From contig CAVYBN010000008.1 in assembly GCA_963766795.1 (NCBI GenBank), positions 32,696 to 96,695 on the forward strand: 64,000 bases of DNA, given 5' to 3'. Shown in pieces: positions 27,046-35,729 of the stretch. Numbering within the stretch: the first letter of the stretch is position 1; each line of letters begins with the position of its first letter. The notes under the pieces are model-generated. The model searched no databases. It was not told the origin of the DNA and saw only the letters and a list, made by a program, of their open reading frames with translations. The stretch is from Candidatus Parcubacteria bacterium (GTDB taxonomy: Bacteria > Patescibacteriota > Minisyncoccia > Phycocordibacterales > PALSA-1337). The translations under genes and the position numbers were made by a program.

Positions 27046-27763
27046 ATTTTTTGAACTCATCATTGGCCGTCAGCCTATTCTTGACCTTCATGTCGCTCTC
27101 TACACGGCCGTCCATGAGGTGGATGATGCGCTCGGCATGCTCGGCCGTGACGGTCTCGTGGGTGATGAGGACGATGGTCTTGCCGTGCTCCTGATTCAGG
27201 CGCTGGATGATGCCCATGACGTTCTTGCCGGACTTGCTGTCGAGGTTGCCGGTCGGCTCGTCGGCGAAGATGACCTCCGGGTCGTTGACCAGGGCGCGCG
27301 CGATGGCCACGCGCTGGCGCTCGCCGCCCGAAAGCTCTGCTTGCTTGTGATACATGCGATGGCCCAAACCGACCGATTCGACGGCTTTCATGGCGCGCTC
27401 GTCCCATTCGCGTTCGGAAACGTCGGAGTACACGAGGGGCAGCTTGACGTTATCAAGTACGGAAGTGCGCGAGAGCAGGTTGAAAGACTGGAAGATGAAG
27501 CCGAGCTCGCGATTGCGCAGGTCGGCCAGCTCATTCCCCGTGAACGAAGTGACATTCTTGCCGTTGAAATGGTAGCTGCCGGAAGTCGGCACATCCAAAA
27601 GTCCCAGCAAATGGAGCAATGTCGATTTGCCGGAGCCGGACGGTCCCATGATGGCCAGGAATTCGCCTTTTCTCACGTCGAACGAAACGCCATTCAAAGC
27701 GACAGTCTTGGTATCGCCTTCCTGATAGGATTTGTGCAGGTTTTTGACGGAGATGATGTTCAT
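27044..27763 (-). CDS. ABC transporter ATP-binding protein (MacB/LolD type)
   Basis: Walker [10 protein letters not shown], signature LSGGERQR and Walker [13 protein letters not shown]. Start set at MNIISVK (ATG 27763). Confidence 0.9.
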   Translation of the reverse strand: MNIISVKNLHKSYQEGDTKTVALNGVSFDVRKGEFLAIMGPSGSGKSTLLHLLGLLDVPTSGSYHFNGKNVTSFTGNELADLRNRELGFIFQSFNLLSRTSVLDNVKLPLVYSDVSEREWDERAMKAVESVGLGHRMYHKQAELSGGERQRVAIARALVNDPEVIFADEPTGNLDSKSGKNVMGIIQRLNQEHGKTIVLITHETVTAEHAERIIHLMDGRVESDMKVKNRLTANDEFKK

Positions 27764-28842
27764 AAAAAAATTAAAACTCAAAATTCAAAAGTCAAAACTT
27801 CGGAAGCAGACCTTTGATACCGTCGGCAAACAAAGTATATGCCCTCACGAATGAGTCGTCGACATGGGCGTACAGGATCCCCTCTCCGGGCCCAGTCTCG
27901 ACGAATTGGCTGGCGAAGGTGATCGTCTTGGCTTCGCTGTCTTGAATGAGCGGCTCCGGCGACACCCAGTCGATTTTGCCTTTTTCATAGTCGTATATGA
28001 ATAAGCCGACGGAGAACGTGCCGTATTTGATCTTGCCGTTGATCTTTTGATTCGCTTCGCGGCCATTCATGATTCCCAGCAATTTGTTTTCGCCGACGTC
28101 GATAAAAGATTTCGGCAACAGCGGCCCCGGCGAGGCATGACCGCCGATCCAGGGGATCCCATGCTCTTTTGGATGGAAGACTGTCTCGCCGAATTTCCAC
28201 GGTTTGCCCATGTCTTCGGCAATCGCGATTTTGACTATCGAATAAGTATCATCGGGCCTTCGATCGCGGGATTCAATCAAATTAAATCTGATACCGTTTG
28301 AATTCATTGGAGGGATTGAGACCTCTTTTGCGCTTTCATCGGCAACTCCCTTATCCAAAAGCGCCGGCATCGTCATCTCTAACGAATCGATGCTTTTTCC
28401 AAATGCGTGGCCAAGGTGAATCTTGATCTTTTCCGTATCTTTCGGAGGCTTTATCGGGATAGTGAAGTAAATGTGCGTCAGCCCAGTCTTGCCATCAATG
28501 AAAATATCGGGATCTTCAAGTCCGATGAAATCCCAGCCTTTCTCCGTAAGAGAGCCGATCACCTTATCCTCATTTTTAATTTGTAGCCGCTCACCGATCT
28601 CAAACAGCTCCAATGACTCGCCGGTGAACAAATGGAGCTCGCTTCGATCAAGATTGCCTTTTACCCCGATTTCGCCGCTTCTAGAAGTGATGCAACGGAT
28701 GATGCCTCTGGGAATCTTTGAGGATGGATCCAAAGTCACCGCCATGACATGTTTGAAACGGCCGTCGGCCGCGACCACTTTGCCGGCATGTTGTATATAT
28801 GCGGCGTCATTTTGACTTTTGCCTTTTGAATTTTGCATTTAC
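27764..28842. repeat. Second hairpin-bracketed cassette (same word family, one heptad indel between arms) enclosing one ORF
   Basis: The left arm aaaactcaaaattcaaaagtcaaaactt opposes the reverse complement of the right arm, aaatgcaaaattcaaaaggcaaaagtcaaaatg. The ORF start and stop both fall inside the arms. Confidence 0.7.
27792..28838 (-). CDS. Beta-propeller glycosidase/phosphorylase-like protein (GH130/DUF377-like, tentative)
   Basis: GLEDPDIFIDGKTGLTHIYFT resembles the G-x-EDPR motif. 348 aa. It is inserted between the adaptor and ATPase genes of the macAB-like operon. Confidence 0.35.
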   Translation of the reverse strand: MQNSKGKSQNDAAYIQHAGKVVAADGRFKHVMAVTLDPSSKIPRGIIRCITSRSGEIGVKGNLDRSELHLFTGESLELFEIGERLQIKNEDKVIGSLTEKGWDFIGLEDPDIFIDGKTGLTHIYFTIPIKPPKDTEKIKIHLGHAFGKSIDSLEMTMPALLDKGVADESAKEVSIPPMNSNGIRFNLIESRDRRPDDTYSIVKIAIAEDMGKPWKFGETVFHPKEHGIPWIGGHASPGPLLPKSFIDVGENKLLGIMNGREANQKINGKIKYGTFSVGLFIYDYEKGKIDWVSPEPLIQDSEAKTITFASQFVETGPGEGILYAHVDDSFVRAYTLFADGIKGLLPKF

Positions 28843-30360
28843 TTCACGTAAGTGACGACCTTATCTCCCGGATTGAGTCCCGAGACGATCTCGATCGTGC
28901 CGTCGGAGCCCTTAAGGCCGGTTACGACGGGAACAACCGAATAGGTTTTACCGTCAAGGCTTACCACGCGCACGGTCGTCGAAGTGGCCGTCGAAGTCAG
29001 GGCACGATAAGGGATCTCTATCACGCCATCTGCCTCATGCGTGTGGATCTCCAGATTGGCAGTCATGCCTGGACGGATGCGGCTGTCTGGCGACACGAAC
29101 GCCAGCGTGACTTTATAGGTCGGCACGCCTTCGAGGACGGTCTCGGCCGGGTCGATCATGGCCACGCGCTCGGGGAAATCGACGTATGAGCCGTAGGCGT
29201 CGAGCGTGCTCAGAAGCCAGATCTCCGACGGCGACCTTGGCGATGTCGGCCTCCGGGACGAAGGCTTCCACCTTGAATCCGCCGCTCTCTACCGCGAAGC
29301 CGGACTGGCCCGGCGCGGCGTATTCGCCGGCATTCGGGTCTTCCTGCGTGACGATGCCGTCGATCGGCGAGCGCAAAGTGTCTTCGTCGAGCAAAGCCTG
29401 TGCCTGCGCGACCTTGGCGGCTTGCGCGGCGACCGATTGCGAGGAATCCCCTGAAAGCTTGAGATTGTAATTCGAGACGGCTTGATCGTATGCCGATCGG
29501 GCGGCGGAAAGCTCGCTCTGGGCGGCAGTCACGGAATCGACGGCCGTATTCAAGGCGGTCATGCCGGAATTCATGGCGGCCACATAAGCATTGATGGCAG
29601 ACTGCGTCAGACCGGAATTGCCGGGGTTCAAGGCGTTGACTATGGGGGCAAGGCCGCTCATGAATGCCTTCATCGTCAAGAGATAGCCGTGGGCATCGCC
29701 GATGATCCCGGTGGCGTTGCTTGTAGAAGCGCTCACGAGCTCGGCCGACCAGCCGTTCAATACGTCAGTGATCAAGACCCGTTCGGAATCTATGGAATTC
29801 TGCTGGACGGACGATTCGGTCCTCACATTGATGGTCGGATTGGCGCTCTGTGGATTGGTGAATAAGGAATCCGCGTAGTTGACGATCGCGCCTTGGGCTT
29901 TGACATAGCCGTCGTGGAAAGCGTTGACCGCGTCTTTCATGGCGTTGTCCAGAGAGGCTTTGGCCGTGGCGAGGCTGGCTTGTTGCACCGCCAATTCCTG
30001 CGGCGAGAGGCTGCGCGACATGTCAGCCAATGTGGCCTGCGCGCTTGCCAGAGCCGCCCGGTCATTGGCATTGTCGAGCGAGGCGATAGGATCGCCGGCT
30101 CTGACGGCATCGCTGACTTTGACGTAGATCTTGGTGATGACTCCGCCCTTCTCGAAAGACAGGCTGGCCTTGCCGACCGGAGAGACGGTGCCGGTCACGG
30201 AGACCGTCTCGACGACATTGCCGAGCGCCGCCTGCGTCCATTCGAATGCCGGCGCCGTGCCGCCTCGGCGGTACCAGACGAATATGACTATGATCACGAC
30301 TATAGCGATCGTCGTAAGCACCCACTTATTCTTGAGATGTCGCCAACGAGATTTCTTCAT
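28839..30360 (-). CDS. MacA/HlyD-family periplasmic adaptor, with a frame break near 29205-29218
   Basis: ORF 29113-30360 has an N-terminal TM helix, coiled coil and RSPIDGIV lipoyl motif. It continues in another frame as ORF 28839-29165 (VAMIDPAETVLEGVPTYKV...). Confidence 0.75.
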
Positions 30361-30476
30361 GTTTCAATGATTATTATAGCCGCAAGCGAGGGTGCGTGGC
30401 AACTAGTTGACACGGCATCCGAGCGCAGCGGATATATGAGCGAAGCGAATATAGCACGAATCGGAGCAGGCGCGGC

Positions 30477-30637
30477 AAAATCTCAAAATTCAAATCACAA
30501 ATTCCAGAAAAATCTCAGAATTCAAATCTCAAAGGACATGTGTCATTTGATCACTGGAATTTGGAGCTTTTCTGGAATTTGAATTCTGGGATTTGGAGCT
30601 TTTTTAGAAATTAAGTAATTAGGTCAATTAGAAATTT
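30477..30637. repeat. Heptad-word hairpin spacer, family A, with an extra outer arm
   Basis: tcaaatcacaaattccagaaaaatctcagaattcaaat opposes ggaatttggagcttttctggaatttgaatt. The outer arm aattaggtcaattagaaatt resembles 60745-60975. Confidence 0.75.
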
Positions 30638-30647
30638 TAATGCCGCT

Positions 30648-30767
30648 TCACTTCCAACCCTGCACGATCAAGAGCGCGAAGGCTTCCACCAAAGTCTTGA
30701 TGCCTTTCGAGATGAACTCGAATACCGGGAATCCCTCTTCTTCGATCTTTGCCTTATCTTCTGCCAT
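30648..30767 (-). CDS. Small ORF (39 aa) abutting the rplB stop; function unknown
   Basis: The ATG lies 1 nt after the rplB TAG. Sequence MAEDKAKIEEEGFPVFEFISKGIKTLVEAFALLIVQGWK. No homology recognised. Confidence 0.25.
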   Translation of the reverse strand: MAEDKAKIEEEGFPVFEFISKGIKTLVEAFALLIVQGWK

Positions 30768-30768
30768 G

Positions 30769-31623
30769 CTAATCGCCCTTCCTCATCAGCCTGCCGGGCT
30801 CGCGGCGAGAGATGACGAAGACGTTGGAATATTTCTTGGGAGTGCGCGTCTTCTGGCCCTTGCCGGCCGGCTTGCCCCAGCGGGTCTTCAAACGGCGCAA
30901 GCCGCGGCCCTGGCGCTGTTCACCGCCGCCGTACGGATGGTCGACGGGATTCTGGGCGGTGCCGCGCACGGTCGGACGGATCCCCATCCAGCGGGAGCGG
31001 CCGGCCTTGCCGATGACGACCAGGCGATTTTCCTCATTAGAAACGGCGCCTACGCTCGCCCACGCGTCCTGGTGGACTTTGCGGACTTCGGTCGAAGGCA
31101 TCTTGATGTGCGTATAGCCGGCGTCGTTAGCGACGACCTGGGCGAAGGAACCAGCCGAACGCACCAGCTTGGCTCCGGAACCGGGCTTGATCTCGATGTT
31201 ATAGATGAAAGTGCCGACCGGGATATTCTTCAAAGGCAGGCGATTGCCGGCTTCGATCGGGGCTTTTTCAGATACGATGAATGAGCTGCCGACCTTCAAG
31301 GTCTTCGGCAGGAGGACATAGCGCTTGGCGCCGTCCTTGTAAGCGACCAGGCCGATGTAGCCGGTGCGGAAAGGATCGTATTCGACGGTCTGGACATATG
31401 CCGGGATATCGCGCTTCTCGTATAGGAAATCTATCTCGCGGTAGAGCTTCTTGTGTCCGGCGCCTTTGTGGCGGACGGTGACGCGGCCGTGCGCGTTCCT
31501 GCCGACGTCGCGCTTGAAGCCGGAGGTCAGCGGCTTGTACGGTTCAGAGGCAGTCAGATACTGCTTGAACGGCAAAGTCGTCATGTGACGGCGGGATTTT
31601 GATGTTGGTCGGTATGATTTCAT
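30769..31623 (-). CDS. rplB: 50S ribosomal protein L2
   Basis: 284 aa; GRNAHGRVTVRHKGAGHKK and VDHPYGGGEQR. Confidence 0.95.
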   Translation of the reverse strand: MKSYRPTSKSRRHMTTLPFKQYLTASEPYKPLTSGFKRDVGRNAHGRVTVRHKGAGHKKLYREIDFLYEKRDIPAYVQTVEYDPFRTGYIGLVAYKDGAKRYVLLPKTLKVGSSFIVSEKAPIEAGNRLPLKNIPVGTFIYNIEIKPGSGAKLVRSAGSFAQVVANDAGYTHIKMPSTEVRKVHQDAWASVGAVSNEENRLVVIGKAGRSRWMGIRPTVRGTAQNPVDHPYGGGEQRQGRGLRRLKTRWGKPAGKGQKTRTPKKYSNVFVISRREPGRLMRKGD

Positions 31624-31768
31624 TTGAATGTGGGTTATTGATGTTTCAGCTCTTGAACAATTTTTAATTCTTAATTTTTGAATTTTTAAATAATTTCTAA
31701 TGAGCTAATTTTTAATGTTAAAAATTAATGCATTATTTATAAATTAAAAATTGAAAAATTAAAAATTA
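31624..31768. repeat. AT-rich heptad-word hairpin spacer (aaaaatt words)
   Basis: aatttttaattcttaatttttgaattttt opposes aaaaattgaaaaattaaaaatt. Confidence 0.7.
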
Positions 31769-32281
31769 TTAAACAAAATCGATCTTTTCGCCAGCCTTGA
31801 CCGTGACCATCGCCTTCCTCATACCCGGGACTACTCCCCTCTTTCCGCGGACGAAGACCCTCTTCGACGGCAGGTTGATCATGGCGACCCTGACCGGAGT
31901 GACGTTGTAGAGCACGGCCATGGCTTTGGCGACCGACGACTTTGTGGCATTCGGCGAGATCTGGAAAGTGTAGACGCCGCTCTGGCTCAAAAGGCCGGAC
32001 TTCTCGGTTACATGCGGGCGAATGATGACGCTGGCGGCGTCAGAAGGGGCGCCTTGAAGGACACTCGGCGTGATCGCTTTGGCGATTGGTTTCAAAGATT
32101 GCTTTCCAGAAACCGCGATATCAGAGGCCTTCTTATCCGCGGCCGGAGTCTTTTCAATGGCTGTCTTCTTGGCTCCTTTTACGAGCGCGCCTTTCGCCGA
32201 AACCGGCGCGCCTTTAACAGGCCAGGCGGCTTGCTCGTAGATCTTCTCGGATTTCGACTTTTTTGACCAGAACATCGGCAT
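31769..32281 (-). CDS. rplW: 50S ribosomal protein L23 with roughly 75-aa N-terminal extension
   Basis: The C-terminal 95 aa is a canonical L23 core (IIRPHVTEKS...YTFQISPNATK). Confidence 0.85.
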   Translation of the reverse strand: MPMFWSKKSKSEKIYEQAAWPVKGAPVSAKGALVKGAKKTAIEKTPAADKKASDIAVSGKQSLKPIAKAITPSVLQGAPSDAASVIIRPHVTEKSGLLSQSGVYTFQISPNATKSSVAKAMAVLYNVTPVRVAMINLPSKRVFVRGKRGVVPGMRKAMVTVKAGEKIDFV

Positions 32282-32318
32282 GATAGTAAAGTTAAAAGTT
32301 AAAATTCAAAAGGCAAAA

Positions 32319-32987
32319 TTAAACGCTTTGAGTCTTGGCTGTTAATGTCTTCAAGGATTCTGCCGGATTTGAAATTATCAAAAACGTGTGATTCATGATC
32401 GAAACCGGGTTGACATTGCGGAACTCTTCGACCGAGATGTTGCCGAAATTGCGGAAGCTCTTAGAGACGGCTTCGGTCTTCTTATCCAGAGCGATGATGG
32501 CGGCGTTGGCTTTCTTGGTGGCGAGCCTCTCATAGCCCTTGATCTTGGAAAGCGAATACATGACTATCTTGGCCTCCTTGGCCTTCGGGCCTTTGAATGA
32601 GAGCGAATCGAGGAACAGCATCTCGCCATCCTTGAATTTGCGCGAGAGGATGGCGTAAAAAGCCTTGGCTCGGGCTTTCTTATTGATCTTGCGCGCGAAA
32701 TTCTTGTCGGCGCGCGGACCGTGGGCGATGCCGCCGCCGACCCAGATCGGCGAGCGTCGGGAGCCGTGACGGGCGCGGCCGGTGCCCTTCTGCTGCCAAG
32801 GCTTCTTGCCGGTGCCGGAGACTTCGCCGCGAGTCTTTGTATTGGCGATCGCCCGGCGCGAATTGGAATTCATCAGGCGCACGACCTCATGGACCAGGTC
32901 GGCATTCCATTTCACGTTGAAAACGCCTTCCGGCAATTTGATCTTGCCTGTCGATTTGCCTGCCTGATTGTATATTGGGGCTTCCAT
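32319..32987 (-). CDS. rplD: 50S ribosomal protein L4
   Basis: KPWQQKGTGRARHGSRRSPIWVGGG. Confidence 0.95.
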   Translation of the reverse strand: MEAPIYNQAGKSTGKIKLPEGVFNVKWNADLVHEVVRLMNSNSRRAIANTKTRGEVSGTGKKPWQQKGTGRARHGSRRSPIWVGGGIAHGPRADKNFARKINKKARAKAFYAILSRKFKDGEMLFLDSLSFKGPKAKEAKIVMYSLSKIKGYERLATKKANAAIIALDKKTEAVSKSFRNFGNISVEEFRNVNPVSIMNHTFLIISNPAESLKTLTAKTQSV

Positions 32988-33029
32988 GAAGATAATTGAA
33001 GATTGAAGATTGAAGATTACGATTGAAAA
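32988..33029. repeat. Heptad-word spacer (gattgaa words), short
   Basis: The sequence is gaagataattgaagattgaagattgaagattacgattgaaaatt. Confidence 0.6.
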
Positions 33030-33653
33030 TTAACGCGCAACGATCTCCACGAGCGTGCCCCGACGGCCAGGTATGGCTCCGGAAACATACAGGACGCTCT
33101 CCTCGGGATCAACATGGACGACCTTGAGGCCACGCACCGTGACGCGATCGGAGCCCATGCGTCCGGCCATGCGCATGCCTGTCGGAACCTTATTGCGCAA
33201 TCCGCCGCCGATCGATCCTGGCTCGCGCTCGCTATGCTTCTGACCGTGGGAACGCGGACCGCCGTGGAATCCGTGGCGCTTGACCACGCCCTGGAATCCT
33301 TTGCCTTTGGAGATGGCGCTGACCTCGACGGCATCGCCGGCCTTGAATTGCGAGAGCTCGACTTTGTCGCCGACTTTAAAGGGTACAGGGTTCAGGGTGG
33401 AGGGTACAGTACGAAATTCTTTCACGGCTGCGAAACTGCCGAGATCCTTCCATTGGCCTTTCTGGGGTTTGGCGATGCGATTGGCGTTTCGAACGCCTTC
33501 ACCGACTTGGATGGCCTCATATCCATCGGCATCCTTGGTGCGGATCTGCGTGACGACGTTGCCGCGCACGGCTACGGCGGTAGCCGGAACAGCGGCACCG
33601 TTGTCGGCGTAGATCTGGGTCATATTGAGCTTTCTTCCGATGATGAATTTCAT
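33030..33653 (-). CDS. rplC: 50S ribosomal protein L3
   Basis: Start set at MKFIIGRKLNMTQIY (ATG 33653); SKGKGFQGVVKRHGF. Confidence 0.95.
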   Translation of the reverse strand: MKFIIGRKLNMTQIYADNGAAVPATAVAVRGNVVTQIRTKDADGYEAIQVGEGVRNANRIAKPQKGQWKDLGSFAAVKEFRTVPSTLNPVPFKVGDKVELSQFKAGDAVEVSAISKGKGFQGVVKRHGFHGGPRSHGQKHSEREPGSIGGGLRNKVPTGMRMAGRMGSDRVTVRGLKVVHVDPEESVLYVSGAIPGRRGTLVEIVAR

Positions 33654-33661
33654 TTGATTAT

Positions 33662-33791
33662 CGCTACGAATGGTAGCGGATGTAGGCTTCAGAACACGCG
33701 TCCGGCCTTGCAAGGCCCGGCGCTACATCTCGTAAATTCCCTGCTGGGAATTTCCTGCGAGGTGTTCTTCAACCTACATCCGCTACCATTC
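33662..33791 (-). promoter_or_regulatory. Structured RNA element of about 130 nt between rpsJ and rplC; not of the heptad type
   Basis: A 19-bp perfect outer stem (33668-33686 with 33773-33791) is extended by 7 more pairs. There are two inner hairpins. CGCTAC occurs three times against one GTAGCG, which allows alternative pairings. Confidence 0.45.
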
Positions 33792-33821
33792 TGTCAAAAA
33801 CCTCAATTGAACTGGTCCCTC

Positions 33822-34259
33822 CTACATCATCTTGACGTCGATGTTAACCCCCGACGGCAATGAGAGGTTCGTCAGAGCCTCGATGACCTTGGGGTTCGGG
33901 TTCACTATGTCGATCAGGCGCTTGTGAACGCGCATCTCGAACTGCTCGCGGGCGTTCTTGTCGATGAATGACGAGCGGTTGACGGTGTATTTCTTGATCT
34001 CCGTTGGCAATGGAACCGGACCGTGGATCTCTGCATCGTAGCGCGAAGCGGTATCCATGATCTGCCGCAGGCTGGCATCGAGGATCTTGTGCTCGTAGGC
34101 GCGGACCCGGATGCGCAGATGAGGCATAGCGCCTTCGCCCGCTCCGCCAGCTGGCGGATGGCGGGTGGCTTTGCGGGAGCGCTTCACGGCAATCGGCTTT
34201 GAAGCCGCCTCTGGCTTGGCGTGAGCTTCCTTTTTTGCTGTGGTTTCTTTGGTTGCCAT
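33822..34259 (-). CDS. rpsJ: 30S ribosomal protein S10 with roughly 45-aa N-terminal extension
   Basis: Start set at MATKETTAKK (ATG 34259). The core is LRIRVRAYEHKILD...HKRLIDI. Confidence 0.9.
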   Translation of the reverse strand: MATKETTAKKEAHAKPEAASKPIAVKRSRKATRHPPAGGAGEGAMPHLRIRVRAYEHKILDASLRQIMDTASRYDAEIHGPVPLPTEIKKYTVNRSSFIDKNAREQFEMRVHKRLIDIVNPNPKVIEALTNLSLPSGVNIDVKMM

Positions 34260-34315
34260 GGTAATTACGATTGAAGATTGAAGATTGATAATTTTCAATA
34301 GTAATCTTCAATTCT
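34260..34315. repeat. Heptad-word hairpin spacer (gattgaa words)
   Basis: attacgattgaagattgaagattga opposes tcaatagtaatcttcaat. Confidence 0.65.
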
Positions 34316-35501
34316 CTATGCGACTATTTTGGTTACGACACCCGACCCTACTGTCTTGCCTCCCTCACGGACGGCGAAGCGCATCTGGGCTTCGAGGGCG
34401 ACCGGCGCGACCAGCTTGACCTTGAAGGTCACGGTATCGCCGGGCATGACCATCTCGACCTTCTCCGGCAAAGTGACTTCGCCGGTGACATCGGTGGTGC
34501 GGATGTAGAACTGAGGCTTGTAGCCGGTAAAGAACGGGGTGTGGCGGCCGCCTTCCTCCTTCTTCAAGACGTAGACTTCAGACTCGAATTCGGTATGAGG
34601 CTTTACGGAACCCGGCTTGGCCAGGACTTGGCCGCGGGAGACGTCTTCTTTGGCGGTGCCGCGCAGGAGCAATCCGGCGTTGTCTCCGGCGATGCCTTCC
34701 TTAAGCGACTTGTTGAACATCTCGATGCCGGTGATGACGGTCTTGGCGGCATCACGGAAGCCGACGATCTCGACTTCGTCGCCGACCTTGACCTTGCCGC
34801 GCTCGATCCTGCCGGTCACGACTGTGCCGCGTCCTTCGATCGAGAAGATGTCCTCGATCGGCATCAGGAACGGCTTGTCGACTTCGCGCACTGGCTCCGG
34901 GATGTAATTGTCCAGAGCATCCATGAGCTCGTCGATCTTGAGTTGTCCAGGCAGCATCGCCTTCGAGGGCCTTCAGGGCCGAGCCGCGGATGACCGGGGC
35001 ATTCTTGCCGTCGAAGCCGTTCTTGGTGAGGAGCTCGCGCACTTCCTCCTCCACGAGATCGATGAGGTCCTTCTCCTCGACCATGTCGCACTTGTTGAGG
35101 AATACGAGGACTTTCGGCACGCCGACCTGGCGGGCCAGGAGGATGTGCTCGCGGGTCTGCGGCATGACGCCGTCGGTGGCGGACACGACCAGGATGGCTC
35201 CGTCCATCTGGGCGGCGCCGGTGATCATGTTCTTGACGAAGTCCGCGTGGCCGGGACAGTCGATGTGGGCGTAGTGGCGCTTGGCCGTCTCGTACTCGAC
35301 GTGCGAGAGCGAGATGGTGACGGTCTTGGTGGCGTCACGGACGGTGCCGCCCTTGGTAATGTCGGCGTAGGCTTTGACCTGTGCCATGCCCTTCTTGGCC
35401 TGGACGGCCAGAATAGCGGCGGTCAAAGTGGACTTGCCGTGGTCGATGTGGCCGATGGTGCCGACGTTGACGTGCGGCTTGGTGCGATTGAAATCTGCCA
35501 T
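34316..35501 (-). CDS. tuf: Elongation factor Tu, with one frame break near 34946
   Basis: ORF 34752-35501 (GHIDHGKST...[12 protein letters not shown]) and ORF 34316-34957 ([18 protein letters not shown]...) join if one extra base after the TGG codon is ignored. Confidence 0.85.
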
Positions 35502-35729
35502 AGTATTTGCTTAGTGCTTTGGCCTTTAGCGTTTGGGCGTGATGCCAAGCGTCAAAAGCCAAAGATAATTTTGTTAATAGTTTCGACTTATAAAACGCCA
35601 AACGGCGCGTGGAAACTAGCATAGCATAGTGGTTAAAAAGGCGCAACCAATTTTTTTCGCCTCCGACGAAAAACCGCCCTGAGCGAAGTCGAAGGACGGC
35701 TTTTCAAAACCCTGATCTGGAAATCGGAA

